From a virus (Duplodnaviria; Caudoviricetes): DNA of 30,146 nucleotides. Positions 16,138 through 24,936 of this stretch are shown here, piece after piece. Below the pieces are notes generated by a model. That model made no database searches. It was not told the DNA's origin and saw only the letters and a program-made list of their open reading frames with translations. Position 1 is the first letter of the stretch; every line of letters starts with the position of its first letter. Where the stretch lies: IMG/VR virus record IMGVR_UViG_3300028138_000010, positions 1-30,146 of that record, one strand, 5' to 3'. The position numbers and the translations under genes were made by a program.

Positions 16138-16854
16138 ATGGCCTTCGGCGACCTCAGAGGCACACTTACCGGCAATGCTAACAGCATCACCAATCCCTCC
16201 GATCTGACGGGGTCTGTTGCTGTTGCGACAGGAGACCTAATCTTCGTCGCGTTTTGCCAGCAGACCAACCTAACGGCCACTGGCTGCACGGACAATCTGA
16301 GCAACACTTATTCCGCGACCAATGCGGGAAACGATACTGGAACTCAGACTGGAAGGGCGTTCTGGGCCAGGGCGTCAGCCCCAGGGACTTTGACTACGGT
16401 CCACGTCGCTGCATCTGCTAGCACAAACGATTATGCTGGATTCGTTGCCGTTATAGCTGGTCCGGTCTCGTTGAGTCCGTTGGACACCAACCCGGCGAAT
16501 GGCACGGCTGATCTCACGTCGCCGTTTACATGCCCATCAACGGGGACGCTTGCGCAGCCGCAGGAGATTGTCATCGCGTGGATGACGGCGCCTTCGTCGG
16601 CAACGTTCTCGGCCAGTTCGCCTAATCTTCTGGCTGGCCAGGCCAACAATTCCTCGAATGCGAAGGCCGTTGTAGGCTATCAGGCCGTTAATTCGACATC
16701 CGCTGTCGCTCCTGAATTTACAGGGACAAATCCTGGTGAAATTACGCTTGGGACCAACTCCTTCAAGCTCGACATTAGTGCGTTGCAGTGGCGCGGCATT
16801 GATTCATCGCCGGAAGTGCTGACGCGACCAAGGGCTGAAATGGTGGCTTACTAG
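16138..16854 (+). CDS. Hypothetical Thr/Ala/Asn-rich beta protein, likely virion appendage
   Basis: 238 aa; VATGDLIFVA...CTDNLSNTY pattern, two beta-sandwich-like halves, charged C-terminal tail. Confidence 0.65.
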   Translation: MAFGDLRGTLTGNANSITNPSDLTGSVAVATGDLIFVAFCQQTNLTATGCTDNLSNTYSATNAGNDTGTQTGRAFWARASAPGTLTTVHVAASASTNDYAGFVAVIAGPVSLSPLDTNPANGTADLTSPFTCPSTGTLAQPQEIVIAWMTAPSSATFSASSPNLLAGQANNSSNAKAVVGYQAVNSTSAVAPEFTGTNPGEITLGTNSFKLDISALQWRGIDSSPEVLTRPRAEMVAY

Positions 16855-19800
16855 ATGTCGCGGACGCTTTATCCTGCTAGGCAAGAGCCGGTATTGACGC
16901 CGGAACAGCGGCCAGAGCAGGTTACCGAAAGCCGTTGGCATCAGTTACTCACCGAACCACGTCGCGCGAAAGCCATAGCGGTTGCGGCGATTTCTGGGGC
17001 AGTCTTTGTTCCGGTTGTAGCCAGCACTGTCATCAATTCAGTTCAGCTTAGCACCACCGACGCGCCTCGCGTTCAGTCGTTGCAATATCAGGTCTCTGCG
17101 ACGCCGGTTCTAGTGTCGGCAGCGGCACCGGAGACAATCACCGCCGATAAATGGCACAGCCCGTTGGCTGAACAGCCGCGACGAGCGCGGCCGGTTCCGG
17201 GTGGCATCTCGGCGTTCTATCCCGCCCCCATTAGTGGTAGCGGTACCGGTTCGGTTCCTGCAATATCGATTGCGATCCCAACCGTCCAGACGTTCCAATA
17301 TCAGGTCGCGGCGGCCGTTCCTGTGGTCGCAGAGTTAATCGGTGCCGACAAGTGGTTTACTCAATTCCAGTTTCCGACACGCCGCGTCGGGTTGTCTGCC
17401 CGGAACCAACAGGTATTGGCGCGTGTTGGATTCGCCCCCTTTGCCGAAACCGTATCTGTTGACCGTTGGCTAGAGCCGCTTTCTGAGCAACCTCGCCGCT
17501 CGCGCGCGGTCGGCTTAGACGCGCACGGGTTTGTGGCAGTCGCCGACGCAACGACGACTGACAAGTGGTTTAGTTCTTTCTCCGTCCCAGCACGACGGAC
17601 GGGCCTTGGTGTTCCCCACCAACTATCCTCAGCCTATGTCGAGGCTGCTCCATTCCCGGAATCAGTTACCGCAGATCGCTGGTTCGGGCTATTTTCTGAG
17701 CAGCCCCGTAGGCCGCGATCGGCCTCGCTAGTCGCCCCTGGATTTACTCCAACTGTCGAAGCAATCGCGCCTGACAAATGGTTCGCGTCGTTCTCTCTGC
17801 CAACACAGCGCAAGGGCCTCGGTACCCCTCATCATCAGGCGGCGGCTTATGTCGGATCGTCGCCGTTCCCTGAAACGACCACGCCTGACCGGTGGTTTTC
17901 CGACCTTTCCAAGCCAAATCGGAGTGGTGGTCTTGGTGTTCCGCACCAACTGGCATCGGCCTACACTGGCGCGTCTCCGTTCGTTGAATCGGTAACCGTT
18001 GATCGTTGGTGGGGTCTGTTCTCAGAGCAGCCCAGGCTGCGGCGATTAACGAACCTGGACGCTGCTACGCTGGCGCCCCAGGTCAGTGAAAACATTACGT
18101 CCGATAAGTGGTTCGCTAACCTTTCGCTGCCGACCCGGGTAGCAGATCGTAGTGCGGCTCAGAGACCACAAGCGCTTGCGCTGGTGCAGTCGTCGCCGTT
18201 TGCCGAGACAACTACATCAGACCGGTGGTTTGCCAATCTTCCGTTGCCAACGCGGCGTGTTGGTCTTGGCGTTCCGTATCAAGTGGCCGCCGCTTATGTC
18301 GGTGCATCCCCGTTTGCTGAGACGGTTAGCGTTGATCGCTGGTGGGGTCTATTCTCTGAACCTACTCGTCGGCGGCGAAATGCCGGACGAGATCTGGCGT
18401 CCGGTCTAACGACTTCCGTTGAATCGATTACGTCTGACAAATGGTTCTCGGACCTTTCCCTGCCAACGCAGCGAATCCGTGATGCGGCTCGGTGGCAGAC
18501 GTTTGCACTAACCGAGGCGTCACCGTTTGCCGAAAACGTCAGCGCTGATCGCTGGCTTATCCCGTATTCCGAGCCTGTCTGTGTTCGGTATGGGCACGGG
18601 CAAGATGCTGCATTTGTCCCTGTCGTCATCGCTGCTAGTGGCGATAATGTCGGCGCCGTTCCGTCCAGTTGGACGGTGACCCCACAAATCTTTTCGTTCC
18701 AATACCAAGTCGTGGCGGAATCTCCATTTACGCCGCCATCGGAGACGATCACCCTAGATAAATGGGCAGGCCAGTGGTCATCCAGGCCGAGCGGAAGATT
18801 TGCGGCTAGCAGCCCCGATGCCGCTTTTGTCTATCTGGTTCCAATTACTGGCGACAACGTCGGTGCTGTCCCGACCAATTGGTCGGTAGCTCCGAAAGTC
18901 ATCTCATTCCAATATCAGGTATCGGCAAAGGCTCCATTCACTCCCGCCGCTGCGCAGGCGACTACTGCCGATAAGTGGGCTAGCCAATGGTCGCTCCATC
19001 CTGGTGGTGGATTCTGCGTTATCGATTGCAGTTCGACTTTTATCGCCATCGAAAATGTCACCGAAGACAGGTGGCATCAACCATTCTCGGAGCCCGTCCG
19101 GTCTCGTCCTGGGATTTCGGTCGCTAGACGGCAGGACGCTTCCGCTTTCTCTCCGACCGTTTTCGCGACGCCTGGAAGCGGCGTCGGCGCGGTGCCGACG
19201 AATTGGGCCGCGACTCCGAAAGTCTTTTCGTTCCAGTATCAGGTATCGTCCAATGTGCCGCTGGTGGCAGCATCGGAGACGATCGCCTCTGACAAATGGT
19301 TCCGGCCGCTACTCGATCCAAGCCGAAGGATTGGGCTTCCAGTCCACCAACAGCAAACGTTAGCCCTCACGAAGGCATTTCCGTTTGCCGAGGCGGTCTC
19401 GGTTGACCGATGGCAGGAGCCATATTCTGAGCCTGTACGTATTCGGTTCGGTCGCGGCATCGATACATGCTTGGTTCAACTCGTCGCTTCCACGCCGTCT
19501 ACAGATCCGCGCTGGCTATCGGCCTTCTCTGAACCGGTCAGGTCAAAGCTATGCCTTTCATCGCAGCAACAGTCCACCCTGGCATTTGTAAAAACTGCTC
19601 CGTTTGCGGAAACGGTCTCTCTTGACCGGTGGCTGCAACCTTATGCAGAACCGGTGCGGTTGCGCCGTTCCAGCGGCCCTGACATCGCGCTAGTTCAGAC
19701 CGTCGCGAGTACCCCGGCTACCGATCCAAGGTGGCTATCTGCATTCGCTGAGCCAGTACGGTCGCGGTTAGGGCTATCGGCGCAACATCAGGCTGCGCTC

Positions 19801-20448
19801 GAACTAGTAGAATCAGCCCCGTTCACCGAGACGGTGTCTGCTGATCGGTGGCTACGAGCGTATTCTGAGCCATTACGTACCCGCCGCAGTCTTGGCACGG
19901 ACACGTCTCTTGTCCAGACTGTCCAGAGCGTTGCGGACCCGCGGTGGCTATCGCCCTTTGCTGAGCCAGCCAGATCAAGGCTAGGCCTTTCTTCGCGGCA
20001 ACAGGCAACCCTAGCGTTTGTAAAGGGCTCTCCGTTCGCCGAAACCGTATCGATTGACCGGTGGCGGCAGCCCTACTCCGAGCCCGTACGGATTCGGCGC
20101 GGGCGAGGCATCGATACTGCCCTAGTCCAAATCGTTCCTCCTACTCCGTCGCTAGACCCGCGGTATCTTTCGCCATTTGCCGAGCCGCTCCGGTCAAGAT
20201 TGGGCCTCTCGGCGCGGCAACAAATCTCCCTTGCGTTTGTCCAAGTCGTTCGCCCAATCCCGTCCTACACGCCGTTGCAACGTCGTGTTGCAGTGGTGGC
20301 GGAAAATAGGGCCGAGAGCGTGGCGCTGGAATCTCGATCAGTCGCGACCGCGGCCGATGCATCGCGGGCAGCAACCGTTGTGGCAGAGTCAAGATCGGCC
20401 TTGGTCAATGCCGAAGACAGATCGGCTGTTACGCCGTCCGAGAACTAA
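16855..20448 (+). CDS. 1197-aa repeat protein with about 26 Trp-anchored units
   Basis: Recurrent E(T/S)(V/I)xxD(R/K)W...SEPxRxR and DPRW units, five (F/L)QYQV blocks, C-terminal ExR repeats. Confidence 0.8.
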   Translation: MSRTLYPARQEPVLTPEQRPEQVTESRWHQLLTEPRRAKAIAVAAISGAVFVPVVASTVINSVQLSTTDAPRVQSLQYQVSATPVLVSAAAPETITADKWHSPLAEQPRRARPVPGGISAFYPAPISGSGTGSVPAISIAIPTVQTFQYQVAAAVPVVAELIGADKWFTQFQFPTRRVGLSARNQQVLARVGFAPFAETVSVDRWLEPLSEQPRRSRAVGLDAHGFVAVADATTTDKWFSSFSVPARRTGLGVPHQLSSAYVEAAPFPESVTADRWFGLFSEQPRRPRSASLVAPGFTPTVEAIAPDKWFASFSLPTQRKGLGTPHHQAAAYVGSSPFPETTTPDRWFSDLSKPNRSGGLGVPHQLASAYTGASPFVESVTVDRWWGLFSEQPRLRRLTNLDAATLAPQVSENITSDKWFANLSLPTRVADRSAAQRPQALALVQSSPFAETTTSDRWFANLPLPTRRVGLGVPYQVAAAYVGASPFAETVSVDRWWGLFSEPTRRRRNAGRDLASGLTTSVESITSDKWFSDLSLPTQRIRDAARWQTFALTEASPFAENVSADRWLIPYSEPVCVRYGHGQDAAFVPVVIAASGDNVGAVPSSWTVTPQIFSFQYQVVAESPFTPPSETITLDKWAGQWSSRPSGRFAASSPDAAFVYLVPITGDNVGAVPTNWSVAPKVISFQYQVSAKAPFTPAAAQATTADKWASQWSLHPGGGFCVIDCSSTFIAIENVTEDRWHQPFSEPVRSRPGISVARRQDASAFSPTVFATPGSGVGAVPTNWAATPKVFSFQYQVSSNVPLVAASETIASDKWFRPLLDPSRRIGLPVHQQQTLALTKAFPFAEAVSVDRWQEPYSEPVRIRFGRGIDTCLVQLVASTPSTDPRWLSAFSEPVRSKLCLSSQQQSTLAFVKTAPFAETVSLDRWLQPYAEPVRLRRSSGPDIALVQTVASTPATDPRWLSAFAEPVRSRLGLSAQHQAALELVESAPFTETVSADRWLRAYSEPLRTRRSLGTDTSLVQTVQSVADPRWLSPFAEPARSRLGLSSRQQATLAFVKGSPFAETVSIDRWRQPYSEPVRIRRGRGIDTALVQIVPPTPSLDPRYLSPFAEPLRSRLGLSARQQISLAFVQVVRPIPSYTPLQRRVAVVAENRAESVALESRSVATAADASRAATVVAESRSALVNAEDRSAVTPSEN
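16920..20250 (+). repeat. Degenerate intragenic tandem repeats (roughly 90-140 nt units)
   Basis: Recurrent CCGTT(T/C)GCCGA(A/G)AC...GA(C/T)CG(G/C)TGG and TTCCA(A/G)TATCAGGT, with many synonymous differences. Confidence 0.75.
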
Positions 20449-20463
20449 AGGGAGCCGTGGAAA

Positions 20464-20793
20464 ATGCCATTAGCCTGGGCGGCTCCGCTCGATCCACAGG
20501 AACTGAAAGACTACTCCAACGATTGGGCGGCAGAACTCACTGAGACCAGCGATACGTTGGTTACGAGCACGTTCCGGTTACCTAGCGATGCCATCGCCGC
20601 TGGACTTGAGATTGACTCCCAATCGGCCACTGCGACCGGGGGCGTCGTCTTCTTCGATGTCAACGTGGCTGACCAAGATTCTCCCGACTGGGACGACCCC
20701 ACCGGAACGATATTCCGCATCCCGCATCAGATTACGACGACTGGCGGTCGCCGCCTTGAAGTTTCGATATTCCTGACGGTGATGCAGAAATGA
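20464..20793 (+). CDS. Small acidic virion protein, fibre-adaptor-like
   Basis: DPQELKDYSNDW (DPxExxDYxxDW) and ITTTGGRRLEVSI motifs; GGAG SD. Confidence 0.6.
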   Translation: MPLAWAAPLDPQELKDYSNDWAAELTETSDTLVTSTFRLPSDAIAAGLEIDSQSATATGGVVFFDVNVADQDSPDWDDPTGTIFRIPHQITTTGGRRLEVSIFLTVMQK

Positions 20794-21125
20794 GCGAGCG
20801 CAAATTGATATCGCTCTGTGGCCGGGAGACCTGGGCGCACATCGTGCCATTGTCGCCAAGCGAATGCATAGTGCTAGCCCCGGCTACGCATGGCGGTGCA
20901 TGTCGTATGGTCCCTAACGTAACTCCCGGGACGCGATTTACCTACGCAGGCGAACAATATGAAGTGGTGAAGGCATGGGATGAGGCGGCGCGTAACGTCC
21001 CAGCCGGTGCGGACCAGCACGCCAAGACCAGCCCTCACGTAGCTATCGACAAGATGGAAGTCGCGTACCATCAAAGCCGTATCGGCAAGTTTCTGGATCT
21101 ACTCTTGGTCAAGGTCGGGTCGTGA
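20790..21125 (+). CDS. Hypothetical protein
   Basis: 111 aa, 4-nt overlaps with both neighbours. Confidence 0.6.
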   Translation: MSERKLISLCGRETWAHIVPLSPSECIVLAPATHGGACRMVPNVTPGTRFTYAGEQYEVVKAWDEAARNVPAGADQHAKTSPHVAIDKMEVAYHQSRIGKFLDLLLVKVGS

Positions 21126-21472
21126 ATCCGGATCGCGTGAAGGCGTCCTATCTGCGCGCCATGACTGATCTTGTGATTGTGCGCCGCTATACTGGAACGG
21201 GCACGGGCCGACCGCATTTTGATGTCACGGCCAAGGCGCGAGTGATGGGGGATTCGGCTCAGGAGCTAGTCGGAACCAAGCTTCTCGAAGGTGATCGCAA
21301 AGTCATTTTGTATGCTGACGATCTGATCGGAAAGATGCCACTTCCGTTGACGGCTGACGACAAGATCGTCGTGCGTGGTAAGGAGATGGCCATCGTTGCT
21401 CCTCCAGATGACTCAACAAGAAGCATCAACGGCGTGTTGATTGCCTACGAAATACAGATCCGTGGGAACTAA
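21122..21472 (+). CDS. Head-closure/stopper protein (SPP1 gp16-like)
   Basis: 116 aa; VIVRR, LLEGDRKVIL, DDKIVVRG, YEIQIRG; upstream of neck and terminator genes. Confidence 0.7.
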   Translation: MNPDRVKASYLRAMTDLVIVRRYTGTGTGRPHFDVTAKARVMGDSAQELVGTKLLEGDRKVILYADDLIGKMPLPLTADDKIVVRGKEMAIVAPPDDSTRSINGVLIAYEIQIRGN

Positions 21473-21488
21473 ACAAAGGAGATTGAAA

Positions 21489-21701
21489 ATGTGGGAATTT
21501 TGGTACAAGCGGCACAAAGACGCTCCAGAGGGCGGCGAAGCCTATGACGATTCGCATGTTGCCGAGATGGACAATCAGGATGCCGCTAACCAGGTCTATG
21601 ACTTCTACGACGGCAGCATGACCAAGCAGTTGTGGGTCGAGTCGGGCGGCACTTGGACGCAGGGAATTCGCGATCCTGACGGCAACGAAGTAGGCCGGTA
21701 A
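21489..21701 (+). CDS. 70-aa acidic, aromatic-rich hypothetical protein
   Basis: AAGGAG SD at 21476-21481 before ATG 21489 (in frame with listed ORF 21441). Confidence 0.6.
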   Translation: MWEFWYKRHKDAPEGGEAYDDSHVAEMDNQDAANQVYDFYDGSMTKQLWVESGGTWTQGIRDPDGNEVGR

Positions 21702-21723
21702 TCGAGACCAGTGCGGGTGACCG

Positions 21724-22368
21724 ATGGCCACGACCACCCGCATTGATCCAATCGCACGCGACATCAAATTGATCGTCGCACAAGAGACTTCGCGATCTGC
21801 GGCACAGGCTAAGATCGCTGAATATGCCCGTGGTGTTCTGGCCGAAGCCAAGTCGCAAAATGCCAGAGCGCTCGGTCATGAGACGCCATATAAGACTTGG
21901 GTAAACGGCACCGAAGGCGGGACGGAAGAGAACGTCAATCCGGACGGCGGCAGCATCGCCTATGAGTTCGAGTTATTCAGCGAGGCAGTTGGCTGGATTT
22001 ATGACCAGCTCAGGCAGCACGCGCCGAAAGGCCCGACTGGACGTTATGAGCGAAACTTGGTCGTGTATGCGGACGGCAGCCAAGTCGGCGATCCGAATAA
22101 GCCGCCGACCGCAGATGAATATGTCTTCGTCGATACGGTCGCCTATGCTCGCAAGGTCGAGCGATGGCATGACGTGTTCCAGGCAGTTGCCGCAATAGCT
22201 CGCGGACGATTCGGCAATCTGGCAAAAATAGACTTCGGTTATCGCCCCTTGCAGTCAGGCGATCTGGCGAACTGGGCGCGCAAGAGCACGCATCGCCGCG
22301 TCAGGCGGCGGAATCCTTCGACCGAATGGCTATCGGCTGCACCGGCCATCATTATGAAGATGCGCTGA
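21724..22368 (+). CDS. Neck/tail-completion protein (HK97 gp10-like)
   Basis: APKGPTGRYERN and VAYARKVE motifs; position between stopper and terminator. Confidence 0.7.
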   Translation: MATTTRIDPIARDIKLIVAQETSRSAAQAKIAEYARGVLAEAKSQNARALGHETPYKTWVNGTEGGTEENVNPDGGSIAYEFELFSEAVGWIYDQLRQHAPKGPTGRYERNLVVYADGSQVGDPNKPPTADEYVFVDTVAYARKVERWHDVFQAVAAIARGRFGNLAKIDFGYRPLQSGDLANWARKSTHRRVRRRNPSTEWLSAAPAIIMKMR

Positions 22369-22369
22369 T

Positions 22370-22795
22370 ATGGCAAGTCTAGCGGTCTGCCAGGCGATTG
22401 AAAGTCGCCTCACGGCTAACTTTACTGCGGTGCGATTGTGGGCAACTCCTAACACAGAGTCGCAGGCCCCTTCAGATGGCGCGCCCTTCCTATTGATTAG
22501 CTATCCGGTTGCTAACGAGGATATCGTCGGCTTAGGCGTCCCCGGGCAGAGGCTTTATCGCGAGACAGGTGCATTTGTGATCACGCTCTGCGTTAACCGC
22601 GGCGAAGGCACCGGACAGGCACTCGCGTGGATTGAGACGCTGCGCACCCTATTCCGTGGCGTTGACGGCACGAGCATGGCCTCTGGCTTGCTTATTACTT
22701 ATGCCCCATCGCCAGCCGTTGAGGACATAACGGAAGCGGACCCGTACTACCGGCTGTCGTTCGCGACACCCTACCAATTCGATCTGCAAGGCTAA
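22370..22795 (+). CDS. Tail terminator protein
   Basis: 141 aa; PNT, YRETGAFVITL, G.G.ALAWIETLRTLFRG, PYQFD; precedes tail tube. Confidence 0.72.
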   Translation: MASLAVCQAIESRLTANFTAVRLWATPNTESQAPSDGAPFLLISYPVANEDIVGLGVPGQRLYRETGAFVITLCVNRGEGTGQALAWIETLRTLFRGVDGTSMASGLLITYAPSPAVEDITEADPYYRLSFATPYQFDLQG

Positions 22796-22813
22796 ATCCC
22801 AGGAGACATCGCT

Positions 22814-22984
22814 GTGAAGCACACGGTCCTAAAGCCGTTCAAATCTGCGCGCCAGAAATTTAAGAAGGGCGACGAACTTGGCCCGGAGCACGATGTGGCA
22901 CCGCTCACGCATGAGGGCCTCATCGATGGCGGCTTCATCGAAGAAGTGAAGGACGACGAGCCTGCTGTGCAGGCGCACGAGTAA
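22814..22984 (+). CDS. 56-aa hypothetical protein (not in ORF track)
   Basis: AGGAG SD, GTG start, MKHTVLKPFKSARQKFKKGDEL...LIDGGFIEEV...; fills gap before tail tube. Confidence 0.65.
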   Translation: MKHTVLKPFKSARQKFKKGDELGPEHDVAPLTHEGLIDGGFIEEVKDDEPAVQAHE

Positions 22985-23014
22985 TTTCCGCTCAAACCCT
23001 AGGAGACCACCACC

Positions 23015-24490
23015 GTGGCCGCTTCCAGCAATCGGACTCAAGTTACCTCTGTTGAAGAGGTCACGCTCGGCACGACGCCGAATACTCCGCGCATGCGCGC
23101 GCGTCGGTTTACTGGCGAGACGTTGGCCTATAAGCCGACGTTTTCGGACTCCGAGGAAATGAGGCCGGACGGCACCTCGTCTGACCCGATCCTGACGGGA
23201 ACCGATAACACCGGGCCGATTAACTTCGAATTTCACTACCCCCTGCCGAACTCGCCGCTTGACAGTGACATCAAGTCCAGCATGCGCGCGACGTGGACGC
23301 AGACTCCTGAGCGGGATAACGATGGAACGGCCGACAGCGTAATCACGGATATCGGCACGACTACCGACACCGTTGCCTGCACGACAGGCGCAGCTTTTGT
23401 CGCTAGTCAACTCGTTCGGTTCTCTGGCAATTCCAATTCCGCCAATAACGGCACATTCAAGTGCACGACCGGTTCGGCGACGGCCCCGGTATTTGCCAGT
23501 TCTGGTTTTGTTGCAGAAACGGCGCCGCCTGCCGCTTCGCGCATGAAGGTGGTTGGATTTGCGGGCGCATCCGGAGACATCACAGCAACCTCGACTGGGT
23601 TGGGCTCTAGCTCGCTCGACTTTACTACGCTCGGCCTTATTGTCGGCATGTCCATTAAGATCGGAGGATCATCAACGAGCAATAAGTTTGCTACGGCTGC
23701 GCTGAATGTAACGGTTCGCATTACAGCCATTGCAGCGCATGCGATTACACTCGACAATCGGCCGTCTGGATGGACGACCGACGCTGGTACTGGCAAACTG
23801 ATTTGGGTGTTCTTCGGGGACCATATCACGAATGGAACCACGCGCCTTTCGCAGACTATCGAGCGCGCATTCCTTGGGCAGGGAACTCCGACCTACTTTG
23901 TGCATACGGGCATGGTCGCCTCGAAATATTATCAGACATTCCAAGCCCAGAAGCCGTTGACTGGTAACGTCACCTACCTGGGCATGACCGGAAGTCAGAG
24001 TACATCGACGCTTGATGCCAGCCCAGACGCGACGTTGTCGCTGGCATCTTTCCCTGTCTTTGCTGCGTCAGCCAACGTCGGCCGTGTGACCGAGAACGGT
24101 TCTTCGATTGCTGGCCCTAACTTCTGCCAGACGTTCGAGTTCACCATCGACTGGTCCCCGACAGCATCTCTCGATATCACTGCCCTGGGACCGCAGGATA
24201 TTACTCAACACGAGATGATGGTCACGGGAAAATTCGAAGTGGAGTTCGGCGACAATTCGCTGCTCACTCGTTTCTTCGCCGGTACAGCGTCCAGCGTGTT
24301 GATCTACGTTAACAAAAGTAATCGTGGGTTTGTCTGGCAGTTCCCGCGCATCACCTATAACGGGGACGGCAGCCCGAATGCAACTGGCAGGAATCAGAAC
24401 GTGAAGCTGCCGTTGTCATGGAAGGCTTCGCGCGATGACGCCTTGACTAATGCACAGGTAATCATGGACCGATTTGAATACGTCGAATAG
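23015..24490 (+). CDS. Major tail tube protein with internal inserted domains
   Basis: EEVTLGTTP, RFTGETL, DSEEMRPD, GPINFE, VTGKFEVEF, QFPRITY; AGGAG SD; 491 aa. Confidence 0.85.
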   Translation: MAASSNRTQVTSVEEVTLGTTPNTPRMRARRFTGETLAYKPTFSDSEEMRPDGTSSDPILTGTDNTGPINFEFHYPLPNSPLDSDIKSSMRATWTQTPERDNDGTADSVITDIGTTTDTVACTTGAAFVASQLVRFSGNSNSANNGTFKCTTGSATAPVFASSGFVAETAPPAASRMKVVGFAGASGDITATSTGLGSSSLDFTTLGLIVGMSIKIGGSSTSNKFATAALNVTVRITAIAAHAITLDNRPSGWTTDAGTGKLIWVFFGDHITNGTTRLSQTIERAFLGQGTPTYFVHTGMVASKYYQTFQAQKPLTGNVTYLGMTGSQSTSTLDASPDATLSLASFPVFAASANVGRVTENGSSIAGPNFCQTFEFTIDWSPTASLDITALGPQDITQHEMMVTGKFEVEFGDNSLLTRFFAGTASSVLIYVNKSNRGFVWQFPRITYNGDGSPNATGRNQNVKLPLSWKASRDDALTNAQVIMDRFEYVE

Positions 24491-24498
24491 GAGCATTT

Positions 24499-24936
24499 GT
24501 GAAGAAACTCAAACTCACGTCAATTCGTGCTGGTCTTGATCGGCAATATGTGGGCGATTGGGTGCCGTATCCCGTATGGAGCGGCGTCCGCTTCAACGTG
24601 TCGTCGCCAAAACTGCCGGCCTATCAGCGCGCAATGGAGAAGAACGCTCGCGAATTTGCTAAAAAATTCACGTCGGCCGCCGATATTTTGTCCGATGAGG
24701 CGCGCGAGTTTGGCCGTCAATCTGACGTGCATCTAGTTTGCGAGTATATCTTGCATGGGTGGGATGGCATCGACGTGGATTATTCCCCGGATGTCGCGGA
24801 GAAGTATCTCCTAGATCCGGAATACGAGGCGATGTTCAACGCTATAAAATGGTGCGCGAACAAGCTCGCCGAGATCAATGCCGAGTATATCGAGGACGTA
24901 GCAAAAAACTCCGAAGAGCCCTCCGCTACCGCATGA
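24499..24936 (+). CDS. Tail assembly chaperone (lambda gpG-like)
   Basis: GDWV, ILHGWDGI, YSPDVAEKYLLDP; between tube and tape measure; ends shortly after slippery site. Confidence 0.8.
   Translation: MKKLKLTSIRAGLDRQYVGDWVPYPVWSGVRFNVSSPKLPAYQRAMEKNAREFAKKFTSAADILSDEAREFGRQSDVHLVCEYILHGWDGIDVDYSPDVAEKYLLDPEYEAMFNAIKWCANKLAEINAEYIEDVAKNSEEPSATA
24903..24909 (+). promoter_or_regulatory. Programmed -1 ribosomal frameshift heptamer A AAA AAC
   Basis: X XXY YYZ in correct phase (GCA AAA AAC); -1 frame is open to 25316. Confidence 0.8.

Noticed and set aside
16849-16860. Stop-codon readthrough or recoding fusing 16138 with 16855 (TAG ATG in frame); similarly TAA TTG at 11162-11167
   Set aside because: 16855 has its own GGTGG SD-like sequence, and TAG terminates clear genes such as portal and tail tube, so the standard code applies; abutting is explained by translational coupling.
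16920-20250. CRISPR array or DGR template/variable repeat
   Set aside because: Repeats are in-frame, diverge at synonymous positions rather than only at adenines, have no identical repeat with unique spacers, and no cas or reverse transcriptase gene is present.
24738-24902. Independent start of the 192-aa ORF at 24738
   Set aside because: Overlaps the chaperone gene; better explained as the -1 frame entered at 24903-24909.
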